This document shows, one piece after another, positions 38,314 through 47,711 of a stretch of DNA of 64,000 bases. Source of the stretch: an uncultured Chloroflexia bacterium. GTDB lineage: Bacteria > Chloroflexota > Anaerolineae > JAAEKA01. The notes under the pieces are model-generated. The model did no database searches. It was not told the DNA's origin and saw only the letters and a list, made by a program, of their open reading frames with translations. The translations under genes and the position numbers were made by a program. Within the stretch, counting starts at the first letter, position 1. Each line of letters begins with the position of its first letter. Location: positions 93,356 through 157,355 of the forward strand of contig CAVPXC010000012.1 of NCBI GenBank assembly GCA_963709505.1, written 5' to 3'.

Positions 38314-41300
38314 ATGGACTCACCGATCGTATATCTTCCAATGGATCGTCGCCAGGCGTTGGCACGCGGTGAAACGCTGCCTGATCGCGTTCAAGGTGCG
38401 GCTCTCTTCGCCGACATCTCCGGCTTCACCCCGCTCACAGAAACGCTTGCCCGAGAGCTTGGCCCCCAGCGCGGCAGCGAGGAAATAACGCTACACCTCA
38501 ACCTGGTGTACGATGCGCTGATTGCCGAGCTACACCGTTTCGGCGGCAGCGTCATCGGCTTTAGCGGCGACGCGATTACCTGTTGGTTCGACGAGGATCG
38601 TGGCCAGCGAGCTGTGGCCTGTGGTTTGGCCATGGAGCAAGCGATGGCGCGTTTCGCAACGATTATCGTGCCTTCGGGCAAGACCATGTCTTTGACGATG
38701 AAAGTGGCGGTCACCGTTGGGCCGGCGCGTCGTTTCCACGTCGGCGATCCTGGCTACTGGATCGTCGAAGTGCTTGCCGGCGCCACCCTCGACCGATTGG
38801 CCGCCACCGAAAACCATGCTCGAGGCGGTGAGGTTGTGGTCGACTCGGCGACCGCGGCTGCTCTGGGCGATGCGCTTGAGATCGTAGCCTGGCGTGAAGA
38901 CCCGCAAAACAACCAACGCTTTGCGGTGGTCGGCGGACTGACCCAGCAGGTGACGCCCACGCCATGGCCTCTCTTGCCCGACGACGCTCTTGACGAAGAG
39001 GTCACGCGCCCATGGCTATTGCCTGCCGTCTACGAACGGCTCCGGCAGGGCCTTGGCGGATTCCTGGCCGAGTTACGCCCGGCAGTCGCGCTGTTTATGG
39101 CTTTCACCGGCATTGACTACGACTTAGACGACGATGCTGGAAGCAAGCTGGACACATTCATCCATGCGGTGCAGACGATCCTTGCACCCTACGACGGCAC
39201 GCTCATTCAGTTGACCATGGGCGACAAGGGTAGCTACCTGTACGCGGCCTTCGGTGCGCCTTTTGCGCACGAAGATGATGCCAAGCGGGCGGGATCAGCG
39301 GCGCTTGAGCTGCGCGATCTGGCCACGAAGCTGGACTTCCTCCGTGGGATTAGGATTGGCATCACCCAGGGCAGTATGCGGACCGGAGCCTACGGCGGGA
39401 CAATGCACCGCACCTATGGCGTGCTCGGGGACGCCACAAACCTGGCAGCCCGGTTAATGCAAGCTGCGACGCCCGATCAGATTGTGGTGACTCAAAGGGT
39501 CCAAGAGATGCTTGCGGAGGATTTTACGTGGGAGCGCCTCCCGGAGCTGCACGTCAAAGGCAGGAGTGAGCCTATCACCGCGTACAACCTTCTGGCGGTC
39601 AAAATACGTCCGGCGCTCACGTTGCTTCAGTCGCAACATGAGCTGCCCCTGGTGGGACGCCAGGCTGAGATGACGCTGGTCGGCGAAAAGATGGAGCGAG
39701 TGGCACAGGGCGCCGGCCAAATCATCGGAATCACGGCCGAGGCTGGCATGGGCAAATCCCGGCTGGTAGCTGAGCTCATGCGCCTCGTCGACGAACGACA
39801 ATGGCCTCACTACGGCGGCGAGTGCAGCTCGTATGGCACCAACACCAGCTATCATGTCTGGTACAGTATCTGGTGGCACTTCTTCGGCCTCAATCCGGCG
39901 TCGACGTTGGAGGAGCAGATCGGTACGCTCGAGACCCAGCTCAGATGGATCGATCCTGGGCTACTGCCTCGTCTGCCGCTGCTGGGCACTGCATTGAACC
40001 TCCCCATCCCAGACAACGAGCTCACCGCTACGTTCGATGCCAAGCTGCGCAAGTCGTCACTCGAGGCGCTCCTGCTCGATTGCTTGCGGGCGCGCAGCCA
40101 GCAGACGCCTTTTGTGCTGTTGCTCGAGGATTGTCATTGGCTTGACCCCTTGTCACACGATCTGCTAGAAGCCGTTGCCCTGGCCGTTGCCAGCCTGCCG
40201 GTGCTTATGCTCCTGGCCTATCGACCACCGCAGCTTCAGTATCTGAAGTCGCCTCGTGTAAGCTCGCTGGCCCACTTCGCCATGGTCGAGTTGGACGATT
40301 TCACCCCTGATGAGGCTCGTCGCCTGATCGACCTCAAGATTCAGCATGAGTACGGCAGTCAGGCCGAGATATCTGGCGATCTGGCAGGACGCATTACCCA
40401 ACGCGCGGGTGGAAACCCCTTCTTCATTGAAGAGCTGCTGAATTACTTGCGAACCCAAGGAATCGATCCCACCGACCGCAACGCGCTGGCGCAGTTGGAA
40501 CTGCCGAACAGCCTGCAAAGCCTGGTGTTGAGCCGTGTAGATCAACTGGCCGAGAACCAGAAGATCACCCTCAAGGTGGCCAGCGTGGTGGGTCGCTTGT
40601 TCGAAGCCGATACGCTGGGTGGCTACTATCCACAACTGGGCGGGGCTGAGCGCGTGCGTGAGGACCTGGGCGCACTGACAAATGCGGACCTGACGCTGCT
40701 TGAGGTGCCTGAGCCTGAGCTGATCTATGGCTTCCGCCACGGTATCACGCAAGAGGTAGCGTACGAAAGCTTGCCTTTTGCGACCCGAGCCATGCTTCAC
40801 GAGAGCCTGGCCAACTACACCGAGCGAACCGCCGGCCCGCGGCTCGATCAAGTTATCGACCAACTCGCCTTCCACTACGGTCGCAGCGACAATGTGGACA
40901 AGAAGCGCGAGTACTTCCTTAGAGCAGGCGAGCGCGCCCAGGCCGCCTACAACAATGCCACAGCCATCGACTATTACCGGCAAGCCCTTCCGCTGGTGGA
41001 GGGCAGAGAGTGCATCGCCGTGCGGCTGAAACTGGCCCAGGTCATGGACTTGGTGGGCAAGTGGCAAGAGGCCAATGAGTTGTATCAACAGGCCCTGGAC
41101 CTGGCAGTCCAGTTGGACGACCTCCAGGCGATGGCTCGATGTGAAACGGCCATGGGCGAACATCTGCGCAAGCGCGGGCTGTACAAGGAGGCTGCATCCA
41201 GGCTGAACGAGGCACGCGCCAAGTTTGAGCAGATCGACGACTTGGCTGGGGTGGGCCAGACCCTCCACACCGAAGGCACCCTGACAGCGCAACAGGGCGA

Positions 41301-41985
41301 CTTCGAACGAGCTCGATCCCTCTACGAGAGTAGCCTAGAGATCCGCCGACAGCTAAATGATTGGGCAGCCATCGCCAGCCTCCTCAGCAACCTTGGCAAC
41401 GTCGCGCGCCTGCAAGGCAAGTATGAGGAGGCGCGAGCTCTGCAAGAGGAGGGGCTGGCCATTCGCCAGGAGAGCGGTGACAAGTGGGCCATTGCGGTTT
41501 CACTCAACAACCTTGGCAACGTGGCGCTGAACATCGGCGACCATACGGCCGCCCGTGAGTACTTGCAGAAGGCCGTGGCTCTGGAACGCGAGGTTGGCGA
41601 CCGAGCCAAGCAGGTCAATGCTCTCAATGACCTGGGAAACGTAGTTCGCAGCCAGGGCGACTACAGCGCGGCGCAGTCCCTCTATACTGAGGCGTTGCAG
41701 ATCAACCGGGAACTGGACAACAAATGGGCCTCGGCCTATCTTTTCGAGGACGTCGGCTGTCTGGCGGCCTTGAAAGGCCAGGCAGAACGCGCGCTACAGC
41801 TGGTCGCAGCCGCCTCGGCGCTGCGGCAGTCTATCGGCGCACCCCTGTCACCCGCGGAGCAATCAAAACTCGACGAGCTACTCATCCCAGCAAAGGAACA
41901 GCTTGGCGAGGAAGGCCTCGCAGAAGCGAATGAGAAGGGCCGCTCACTGAGTCTCCAACAGGCCATCGATCTGGCTGTCGGTTGA
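38314..41985 (+). CDS. multidomain regulator: two class-III adenylate/guanylate cyclase (CHD) domains, AAA+ ATPase and C-terminal TPR repeats
   Basis: CHD 1 (AALFADISGFTPLTE...GFSGDAITCWF). CHD 2 (VALFMAFTGIDYD...LTMGDKGSYLYAAFGAP...YGVLGDATNLAARL). Walker A AEAGMGKSRLVAEL. TPR-like repeats (LSNLGNVARLQGKYEEARALQEEGLAIRQESGDKWAIAVSLNNLGNVAL). Confidence 0.85.
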   Translation: MDSPIVYLPMDRRQALARGETLPDRVQGAALFADISGFTPLTETLARELGPQRGSEEITLHLNLVYDALIAELHRFGGSVIGFSGDAITCWFDEDRGQRAVACGLAMEQAMARFATIIVPSGKTMSLTMKVAVTVGPARRFHVGDPGYWIVEVLAGATLDRLAATENHARGGEVVVDSATAAALGDALEIVAWREDPQNNQRFAVVGGLTQQVTPTPWPLLPDDALDEEVTRPWLLPAVYERLRQGLGGFLAELRPAVALFMAFTGIDYDLDDDAGSKLDTFIHAVQTILAPYDGTLIQLTMGDKGSYLYAAFGAPFAHEDDAKRAGSAALELRDLATKLDFLRGIRIGITQGSMRTGAYGGTMHRTYGVLGDATNLAARLMQAATPDQIVVTQRVQEMLAEDFTWERLPELHVKGRSEPITAYNLLAVKIRPALTLLQSQHELPLVGRQAEMTLVGEKMERVAQGAGQIIGITAEAGMGKSRLVAELMRLVDERQWPHYGGECSSYGTNTSYHVWYSIWWHFFGLNPASTLEEQIGTLETQLRWIDPGLLPRLPLLGTALNLPIPDNELTATFDAKLRKSSLEALLLDCLRARSQQTPFVLLLEDCHWLDPLSHDLLEAVALAVASLPVLMLLAYRPPQLQYLKSPRVSSLAHFAMVELDDFTPDEARRLIDLKIQHEYGSQAEISGDLAGRITQRAGGNPFFIEELLNYLRTQGIDPTDRNALAQLELPNSLQSLVLSRVDQLAENQKITLKVASVVGRLFEADTLGGYYPQLGGAERVREDLGALTNADLTLLEVPEPELIYGFRHGITQEVAYESLPFATRAMLHESLANYTERTAGPRLDQVIDQLAFHYGRSDNVDKKREYFLRAGERAQAAYNNATAIDYYRQALPLVEGRECIAVRLKLAQVMDLVGKWQEANELYQQALDLAVQLDDLQAMARCETAMGEHLRKRGLYKEAASRLNEARAKFEQIDDLAGVGQTLHTEGTLTAQQGDFERARSLYESSLEIRRQLNDWAAIASLLSNLGNVARLQGKYEEARALQEEGLAIRQESGDKWAIAVSLNNLGNVALNIGDHTAAREYLQKAVALEREVGDRAKQVNALNDLGNVVRSQGDYSAAQSLYTEALQINRELDNKWASAYLFEDVGCLAALKGQAERALQLVAAASALRQSIGAPLSPAEQSKLDELLIPAKEQLGEEGLAEANEKGRSLSLQQAIDLAVG

Positions 41986-42029
41986 ATTGCGATCACGCCG
42001 ATCAACCTGCTTGGAAGTCACCCAATTCC

Positions 42030-42794
42030 ATGCACGGATTGACCTTAGAACCGGAAAGCAGCTATCTCCACGTGGACAAGATCAACATTTTGCAGTCGGT
42101 AAGCATCTTCTCGACCACGCCGCGCCACATCCTGGCCGAGGTGGCTGACAAGCTGGAGGAGGTCGAGGTCCTGTCAGGGGCAACGATCTTCGAAAAAGGC
42201 GACCCGGGCACGTCGATGTACATTGTCGTCGACGGCTCGGTGTGGGTACACGATGGCGACATGAGCATCAACTACCTGCACACGCGCGACGTCTTTGGCG
42301 AGATGGCGGCTCTTGATCCCGTCCCGCGCAGCGCCTCCGTGACCGCGGTAGAGGACACACACCTCTTCAGGCTGGAACAGGACGAGTTGCACGAGATCAT
42401 GATGCGCTCACCGGAAATCGCCGATGGCATCATCCGCGTGCTCTGCGAACACCTGCGCGCTCGGGTATCAGATATGAAAGAGGATTACCTCTACATGCAG
42501 CAGTTCGCCAAGGTGACCGCCGCAGCCGCCGCGGTCGAAAGTGGCGTGTACATCCCCGAGGCGCTGGACGATGTCGCACAGCGCACCGATGCTCTGGGCC
42601 GGCTGGCGCGCGTGTTCCAAAGCATGATGCGCGAGGTCTACACCCGCGAGCAACGCTTCAAGAAACAGATTGCCGAGCTACACATCGAGATCGACGAAAC
42701 ACGAAAGGCGCTCCAGGTCTCGGAGATTACGGAGACGGAGTACTTTCAAGAGCTCAAACAACGGGCCGGCGCGCTGCGGCGGGCGAAGCAGTAG
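42030..42794 (+). CDS. cyclic-nucleotide-binding (cNMP) domain protein with the C-terminal conserved helical module
   Basis: cNMP-binding motifs (GATIFEKGDPGTSMYIVVDGSV...FGEMAALD...RSASVTAVEDTHLFRL). C-terminal KKQIAELHIEIDETRKALQVSEITETEYFQELKQRA. The gene starts 45 nt after the cyclase stop. Confidence 0.8.
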   Translation: MHGLTLEPESSYLHVDKINILQSVSIFSTTPRHILAEVADKLEEVEVLSGATIFEKGDPGTSMYIVVDGSVWVHDGDMSINYLHTRDVFGEMAALDPVPRSASVTAVEDTHLFRLEQDELHEIMMRSPEIADGIIRVLCEHLRARVSDMKEDYLYMQQFAKVTAAAAAVESGVYIPEALDDVAQRTDALGRLARVFQSMMREVYTREQRFKKQIAELHIEIDETRKALQVSEITETEYFQELKQRAGALRRAKQ

Positions 42795-42875
42795 TGCAGG
42801 TTGCAAGTGGCAAGTGGCAGGTTGCAGGTTGCAGGTTGCAGCTTGCCACCTGCAACTTGCCACCTGCAACCTGCA
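42795..42875. repeat. heptamer-repeat hairpin element (GCAGGTT/GCAAGTG arrays)
   Basis: gtgcaggttgcaagtggcaagtggcaggttgcaggttgcaggttgcagcttgccacctgcaacttgccacctgcaacctgcat. Confidence 0.8.
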
Positions 42876-42883
42876 TAAAGACC

Positions 42884-44059
42884 ATGACCCATTCACAACC
42901 CTTCCCCTCCGAAATCACCCATAACGGCGAGACAGAGCGCAAAGTTACCTGGCTGGAGCTCTTCTACGACCTGGTCTATGTGGCAGCCATTATCCAATTG
43001 GGCAACGTGCTGAGCAAAGACGTGTCCTGGTTTGGCTTCATCGCCTTTGTTGCCCTGTTTATCCCCATCTGGTGGTCCTGGACCGGGATCACTTTCTATA
43101 TCAACCGCTTCGTCGTGGACGACTTGTGGTATCGGATGCTGATCTTCGTCCAGATCGGCTTTATTGCGATTCTGGCGATGAGCGTGCCGAAGGCCTTTGG
43201 CGAGCTGGCGGTGCAGTTTACCCTGGCCTACGTCGGCATTCGAGCGATTCTGATTGTGTTGTACGTCCGTGGAGGCCGGAGTGTTCCGCAGGCGCGGCCG
43301 CTGACCCGACGTTACGCAATTGGGTTTTCGATCGCCGCCGCGATTTGGCTGCTCTCGGTCTTTGTACCAGCCCCAGCCCGGTACGCGATCTGGGCGCTGG
43401 GCATGATCGTGGACTTTGCCGTCCCCCTTTCCTCACGCCGTCTCAACGCGCTCATTCCACCCGACGTGTCGCATATGGCCGAGCGCTATGGGCTGTTTAC
43501 TATCATCGTGTTGGGCGAGGCGTTTGTGAAGGTGATCAGCAGCGCGCCCGAAGAGCCGCTTGCGGCTATAGAGCTGGTGCTTGGCGCACTTGGACTAGTC
43601 ATCGTCGGCGCCATGTGGTGGATCTACTTCGACAACGTTGCCGGGTCATCGGTGAGACCCGTGGGGCGCGCCCCTTACATCTGGATCTATTCGCATCTCC
43701 CTTTAGCCATCGGCCTGACCGCGTTTGGCGTGGGGATCAAGAAGATCATTTTCCTGCACGGCCACGAGGGAATCCCTGACGGGTACCGACTCCTCGTTGG
43801 GGGCGCACTGGCTGCGGTCTTGGTCTTCGTTATGCTGATCGAGCTCGCTACCACGCGCGCGGAGAACGCCCCACCCATCCGGCCGCGCGCGGGCATGCAG
43901 TTCGGGGCCGCCGCGCTTGTGGTTGCGATTGCGGTGTTTGGCGCTTCGCTGTCGCCTGTCGCCTTTATGGCTGTGCTGGCAGCGGCAGCCGTTGCGCCGA
44001 TCTTGGTCGGCTTGTTCGAAGCGAGAAGACATCCTGCCCATGAGCCAGAAGCACACTAG
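42884..44059 (+). CDS. LtrA-like (low temperature requirement A family) integral membrane protein
   Basis: The sequence VTWLELFYDLVYVAAIIQLG matches the LtrA N-terminal signature. About 10 TM segments. Start at MTHSQPF (42884), downstream of the repeat. Confidence 0.6.
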   Translation: MTHSQPFPSEITHNGETERKVTWLELFYDLVYVAAIIQLGNVLSKDVSWFGFIAFVALFIPIWWSWTGITFYINRFVVDDLWYRMLIFVQIGFIAILAMSVPKAFGELAVQFTLAYVGIRAILIVLYVRGGRSVPQARPLTRRYAIGFSIAAAIWLLSVFVPAPARYAIWALGMIVDFAVPLSSRRLNALIPPDVSHMAERYGLFTIIVLGEAFVKVISSAPEEPLAAIELVLGALGLVIVGAMWWIYFDNVAGSSVRPVGRAPYIWIYSHLPLAIGLTAFGVGIKKIIFLHGHEGIPDGYRLLVGGALAAVLVFVMLIELATTRAENAPPIRPRAGMQFGAAALVVAIAVFGASLSPVAFMAVLAAAAVAPILVGLFEARRHPAHEPEAH

Positions 44060-44684
44060 GCCGCCTGCCCCTGTCGGCTCCATGAGCACCCACCGCATCG
44101 AGGCCCTGGCCGACGGCGTATTTGCCATCGTCATGACCCTGCTGGTCTTTGACCTGCGCGTGCCCGAAGTACCCGCAGCAGAACTACCCGCTACGTTGAT
44201 CGCTTTGTGGCCCAAATTCATGGGATATGCGATCAGCTTTGTTCTGCTGGGTATCTACTGGATCGGCCATCGCAACCAGTTCAACTTCATCAAGCGCGCC
44301 GATCAGAACTTCCACTGGCTCAACATCCTGTTTTTTGGCGCCGTCTGTCTTGTGCCGTTTTCCACCGGCCTGGTCAGCCGCTATCCGGGCGAATGGCTGG
44401 TGATCGCAATCTACGGGGTGAATCTTATCCTGATTGGGCTGTGCTTGTTCCTGACTTGGACCTATGCCTCCTACCGCTATCACCTGGTCGACGCGGACCT
44501 GCCGCAGCCCGTGATGCGGCTGGCCCGCCAGCGCACCCTGCTGGCGCCGGCCTTCTACGTCGTTGCCATCTTGGTCGGCTTGATCAACCCCAGACTCAGC
44601 CTGATCATTTTCGCGCTGGTCCCGCTGCTCTACATCTTCCCCGGTTTGCAGCATTTCTGGACCTACCTGGCCCATCGCAGCTAA
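44040..44684 (+). CDS. DUF1211 / TMEM175-like putative K+ channel family membrane protein
   Basis: The sequence RIEALADGVFAIVMTLLVFDL matches the DUF1211 signature. The start overlaps the LtrA 3' end by 20 nt. An alternative start lies at 44082. Confidence 0.6.
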   Translation: MSQKHTRPPAPVGSMSTHRIEALADGVFAIVMTLLVFDLRVPEVPAAELPATLIALWPKFMGYAISFVLLGIYWIGHRNQFNFIKRADQNFHWLNILFFGAVCLVPFSTGLVSRYPGEWLVIAIYGVNLILIGLCLFLTWTYASYRYHLVDADLPQPVMRLARQRTLLAPAFYVVAILVGLINPRLSLIIFALVPLLYIFPGLQHFWTYLAHRS

Positions 44685-44692
44685 ACTCATGT

Positions 44693-44795
44693 TGTTTCTT
44701 CTCAATATTACGAGGTAGGGGCACGGCCTTGCGCCTGCCAGTCAGGGCGACCGCAAAGGTACGCCCCTGTTGGGAGTCGTGCTTACTTCGCCGGA
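44693..44795. mobile_element. MITE-like element family A, second (partly decayed, inverted) copy
   Basis: ttcttctcaatattacgaggtaggggcacggccttgcgcctgccagtcagggcgaccgcaaaggtacgcccctg. The shared spurious translation RGRGTALRLP(A/V)RATA appears in both copies. Confidence 0.6.
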
Positions 44796-44804
44796 CGCCC
44801 ATAT

Positions 44805-44821
44805 GTAACTATAATAGTTAC
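44805..44821. promoter_or_regulatory. perfect 8-1-8 palindrome GTAACTAT-A-ATAGTTAC containing a TATAAT -10 hexamer, 19 bp upstream of the Rrf2 gene. Candidate autoregulatory operator/promoter.
   Basis: Read directly from the sequence. Rrf2 regulators commonly bind palindromic sites overlapping their own promoters. Confidence 0.45.
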
Positions 44822-44839
44822 AGTAGGCGAGGTCCAAGA

Positions 44840-45268
44840 ATGTCGAGTAACAGTCGCTTTGCAGTCGCAGTCCATACCGTGACACTCCTGGCGCTCAGTG
44901 ATGGCCCGGTTTCGTCGTCGGCGATTGCCGGCAGCGTCAGCACCAACCCTGTGGTGATTAGACGTATCCTGGGCGCTCTACATCAGGCTGGCTTGGTCCA
45001 CACGCAGCTCGGACCGGAAGGCGGCGCTGTGCTGGCTCAGCGGCCAGAGGATATCACCCTCCTGGACGTTTACCGAGCCACCGGACAGAGTGACCTCTTC
45101 GCCCTGCCCGCTCACCAGCCTAACCCGTTGTGCCCGTGCGGTCGCAACATCCAGCCCGTGTTGATACCGGTATTGGAACAAGCCGAAGACGCCGTCCAGA
45201 CGACCCTGGCTGCGGTGACTGTCGCCGACCTAGTTGACCAGATTAGACAGCGCGAGCACGTAAGCTAA
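44840..45268 (+). CDS. Rrf2-family (BadM/IscR/NsrR-like) transcriptional regulator
   Basis: Sequence MSSNSRFAVAVHTVTLLALSDGPVSSSAIAGSVSTNPVVIRRILGALHQAGLV, a wHTH of the Rrf2 type. Cys residues in NPLCPCG. Confidence 0.7.
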   Translation: MSSNSRFAVAVHTVTLLALSDGPVSSSAIAGSVSTNPVVIRRILGALHQAGLVHTQLGPEGGAVLAQRPEDITLLDVYRATGQSDLFALPAHQPNPLCPCGRNIQPVLIPVLEQAEDAVQTTLAAVTVADLVDQIRQREHVS

Positions 45269-45341
45269 CGGTCTCTCTTTTTTGAGACCAAGTGTCACCG
45301 ATCCTAATACTGAACTAGAATCACCGAAAGGAACGAATCCC

Positions 45342-46196
45342 ATGAGCAATCGCATTCTTGTCGTCGGAGCCACCGGAAATGTTGGCCACAGCCTGATCGA
45401 GCAGTTGACCGCGCGCGGCCATAAGGTGAGGGCCGCAACGCGTCACATCGAGACCTACGCGAGTCCCGCTGGAGTTGAGGCCGTACGCTTTGATTACGAT
45501 CAGGCTGAGACCTATGGCCCCGCCTTGCAGGGCATGGATCACGTGTTTGCCATCCCAAAAGGCGCCGATAATGAAGCCCACCAAACCCTGGGTCCCTTCA
45601 TCGACGCAGCCAAGGCCGCCGGTGTGCGCCATTTTGTCCTAATGACCGCACGTGGCGTCGACATGGCGCCTGACACCGGTTATCGCAAGGCGGAGCTGCA
45701 TCTCATCGACTCGGGTCTGCCCTATACGATCCTGCGTCCGACGTGGTTTATGCAGAACTTCAACCCGGGCTTCATCCTGCCGATCATTCGGCAAACCGGA
45801 AGTATCTACCTTCCCGCCGATGAGGGCAAAACCAGTTTCGTCGACACCCGGGACATCGCCGACGTTGCCGCAGTCGCCCTAACAGAAGAGGGGCATCTGG
45901 GCAAAGCCTATGGCATCACAGGCAGCGAAGCTCTTGGCTATGGCGAAGCGGCGGCGATCTTGTCCGCTGCTGCTGGGCGCACCATCGGGTACACTTCCAT
46001 ATCCGACCAGGACTTCCGCAACGGGTTGAGTGCCGCCGGCTGGACCTCCGGCCAGGTGGGGATGATGGCCGGCTTGTTTGACACCGTACGTGCAGGCTGG
46101 GCCGCCGGCATCGATTCGACGACGCAGGATCTGACGGGTCGTCCGCCCCGCTCGTTTATGGACTTCGCCAAGGAAAACGCCGACGCATGGTGTTAG
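45342..46196 (+). CDS. NmrA-family NAD(P)-binding protein (atypical SDR)
   Basis: Sequence MSNRILVVGATGNVGHSLIEQLTARGHKVRAATR. AAAGGA ribosome-binding site. Confidence 0.75.
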   Translation: MSNRILVVGATGNVGHSLIEQLTARGHKVRAATRHIETYASPAGVEAVRFDYDQAETYGPALQGMDHVFAIPKGADNEAHQTLGPFIDAAKAAGVRHFVLMTARGVDMAPDTGYRKAELHLIDSGLPYTILRPTWFMQNFNPGFILPIIRQTGSIYLPADEGKTSFVDTRDIADVAAVALTEEGHLGKAYGITGSEALGYGEAAAILSAAAGRTIGYTSISDQDFRNGLSAAGWTSGQVGMMAGLFDTVRAGWAAGIDSTTQDLTGRPPRSFMDFAKENADAWC

Positions 46197-46244
46197 TCCT
46201 GGTCTGAGAACCGCGGACTGTTGGAGGCGCGGACCAGAGATCTA

Positions 46245-46306
46245 CTTTGTACAGCATTGCGTAAACCCGTGCCGGGTTTACGCAATGCTGTACAAAGGTT
46301 TTCGTT
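46245..46306 (+). terminator. perfect 24-bp inverted repeat (CTTTGTACAGCATTGCGTAAACCC / GGGTTTACGCAATGCTGTACAAAG) with a 5-nt spacer, followed by GTTTTCGTT. Probable intrinsic terminator, possibly also a protein-binding palindrome.
   Basis: Exact reverse complementarity verified by eye. A T-rich tract follows. Confidence 0.5.
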
Positions 46307-46399
46307 GACGGTTGCCGAAGGGACACCGCGCATGGGCGGCTGGCCTGAGAATGTAGCGCCACCTGTGGCACGAAGAACTAATTTTGAGAGGAGACGACG

Positions 46400-47020
46400 A
46401 TGAATATCGGTATTCTAGGCGCCGGTCGGGTCGGAGGCACTCTCGGCCGGCTGTGGATGAGCCAGGGCCACCAAGTGATGTTCGGGGTACGCGATCCGCT
46501 CGGGCCTAAGATGCAGGAGCTGCTTGCCGCAACCGGACCGGCCGCGCGCGCCGCAAGCCCGGCCGAAGCTGTCGCTTTCGGCGATGTCGTGCTGCTGGCC
46601 GTGTCGTGGGCGGGCGCGCGCGAGGTTATCGAACAGGCCGGCCCGTGGACCGGTAAAATCCTGATCGACGCGACCAACCGGCTGACGCCGCCGTCGCCCG
46701 ACGATGCTCCGTCCGCCGCCGAAGACGTGGCACGCTGGGCGAAGGACGCCCGCGTCGTCAAGGCCTTCAACGCCACCGGCTCGGCAAATATGGCCGCCGC
46801 TCCCTATGGCGCATTCAAGGTTGATATCATGTTCTGCGGCGATGATTCCCACGCCAAAGCCGTCGTTACCGACCTGATCGCCACCAGCGGATTCAATCCG
46901 GTGGACTGCGGACCACTGGCCAACGCAAGCCTGGTAGAATCGCTGGCCAAGCTGTGGATGCAACTCGCCTTTGCCATGGACAACGGCCCGGATATAGCGT
47001 TTAAGCTTTTGCATCGATAG
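46400..47020 (+). CDS. NADP oxidoreductase, coenzyme F420-dependent family (F420H2:NADP+ oxidoreductase-like Rossmann protein)
   Basis: Sequence MNIGILGAGRVGGTLGRLW...VVLLAVSW...KILIDATN. GAGAGGAG ribosome-binding site. Confidence 0.65.
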   Translation: MNIGILGAGRVGGTLGRLWMSQGHQVMFGVRDPLGPKMQELLAATGPAARAASPAEAVAFGDVVLLAVSWAGAREVIEQAGPWTGKILIDATNRLTPPSPDDAPSAAEDVARWAKDARVVKAFNATGSANMAAAPYGAFKVDIMFCGDDSHAKAVVTDLIATSGFNPVDCGPLANASLVESLAKLWMQLAFAMDNGPDIAFKLLHR

Positions 47021-47059
47021 AGCAAGGCCATTCCAACTCGCCAAGAAGAAGAACAAACC

Positions 47060-47633
47060 ATGCTAAACTTCGATCCCGTAAGTAAAGAAGAAATCACCAT
47101 CGACCAGCTTTGCGCGATGCTTACCGTCGCCGATCTGCGTCAACTGACCGACGAAATGATCGACGCCATGCTCGACCTGATCGCCGGCTGCACGGATGCG
47201 GATGTCACATTTGTTCCTGATGACCCTAGGGCCGAGGATACGTTCGCAACGGATCCCGACGAAGCCAGCTTGGCCTGGACCCTCGGCCACGTGATCGTGC
47301 ACGCCACCGCATCGTCGGAAGAGGCGGCGTTTCTGGCAGCTGAGCTAGGGCGCGGCGTACCCGCACGCGAGGACCGATCTCGCTATGAAGTCCCCTGGCG
47401 CACGATGACAACCACGGAACAGTGCCGCCTGCGGCTGGAGGAAAGCCGGCGTATGCGCGTAGCAAGCTTGGAGTTGTGGCCGGATCCACCCCATCTCGAC
47501 AACACATTTAAGGCCTGGTACGGCGACCAACGCTACAACGCTGATCGTACGTTTCGTGTTCGGCCTACGACACGACGACAGCCACCTGGGACAGATTGCG
47601 GAGATCGTGCGGCAGGCGAGAGCGGGGAGATGA
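47060..47633 (+). CDS. DinB/YfiT-like (DinB_2) metal-dependent hydrolase-fold protein, with an apparent frameshift near 47545
   Basis: After ...[11 protein letters not shown] the +1 frame gives the expected C-terminus [30 protein letters not shown]. The annotated frame continues as unrelated residues. Conserved His in [11 protein letters not shown]. Confidence 0.55.
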
Positions 47634-47711
47634 TGAGATGGTGCAGTAGTTCGGTAGTGTGATAGTGCGGAAGTGCCAGGCGTCGGTGACATGTCACTTG
47701 AGAGGTAAGCG

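Noticed and set aside
44207-45268. 353-aa plus-strand ORF
   Set aside because: It is an artefactual extension through the TMEM175 3' end and the MITE-like repeat. The real gene is the Rrf2 regulator starting at 44840, with its own palindromic operator.
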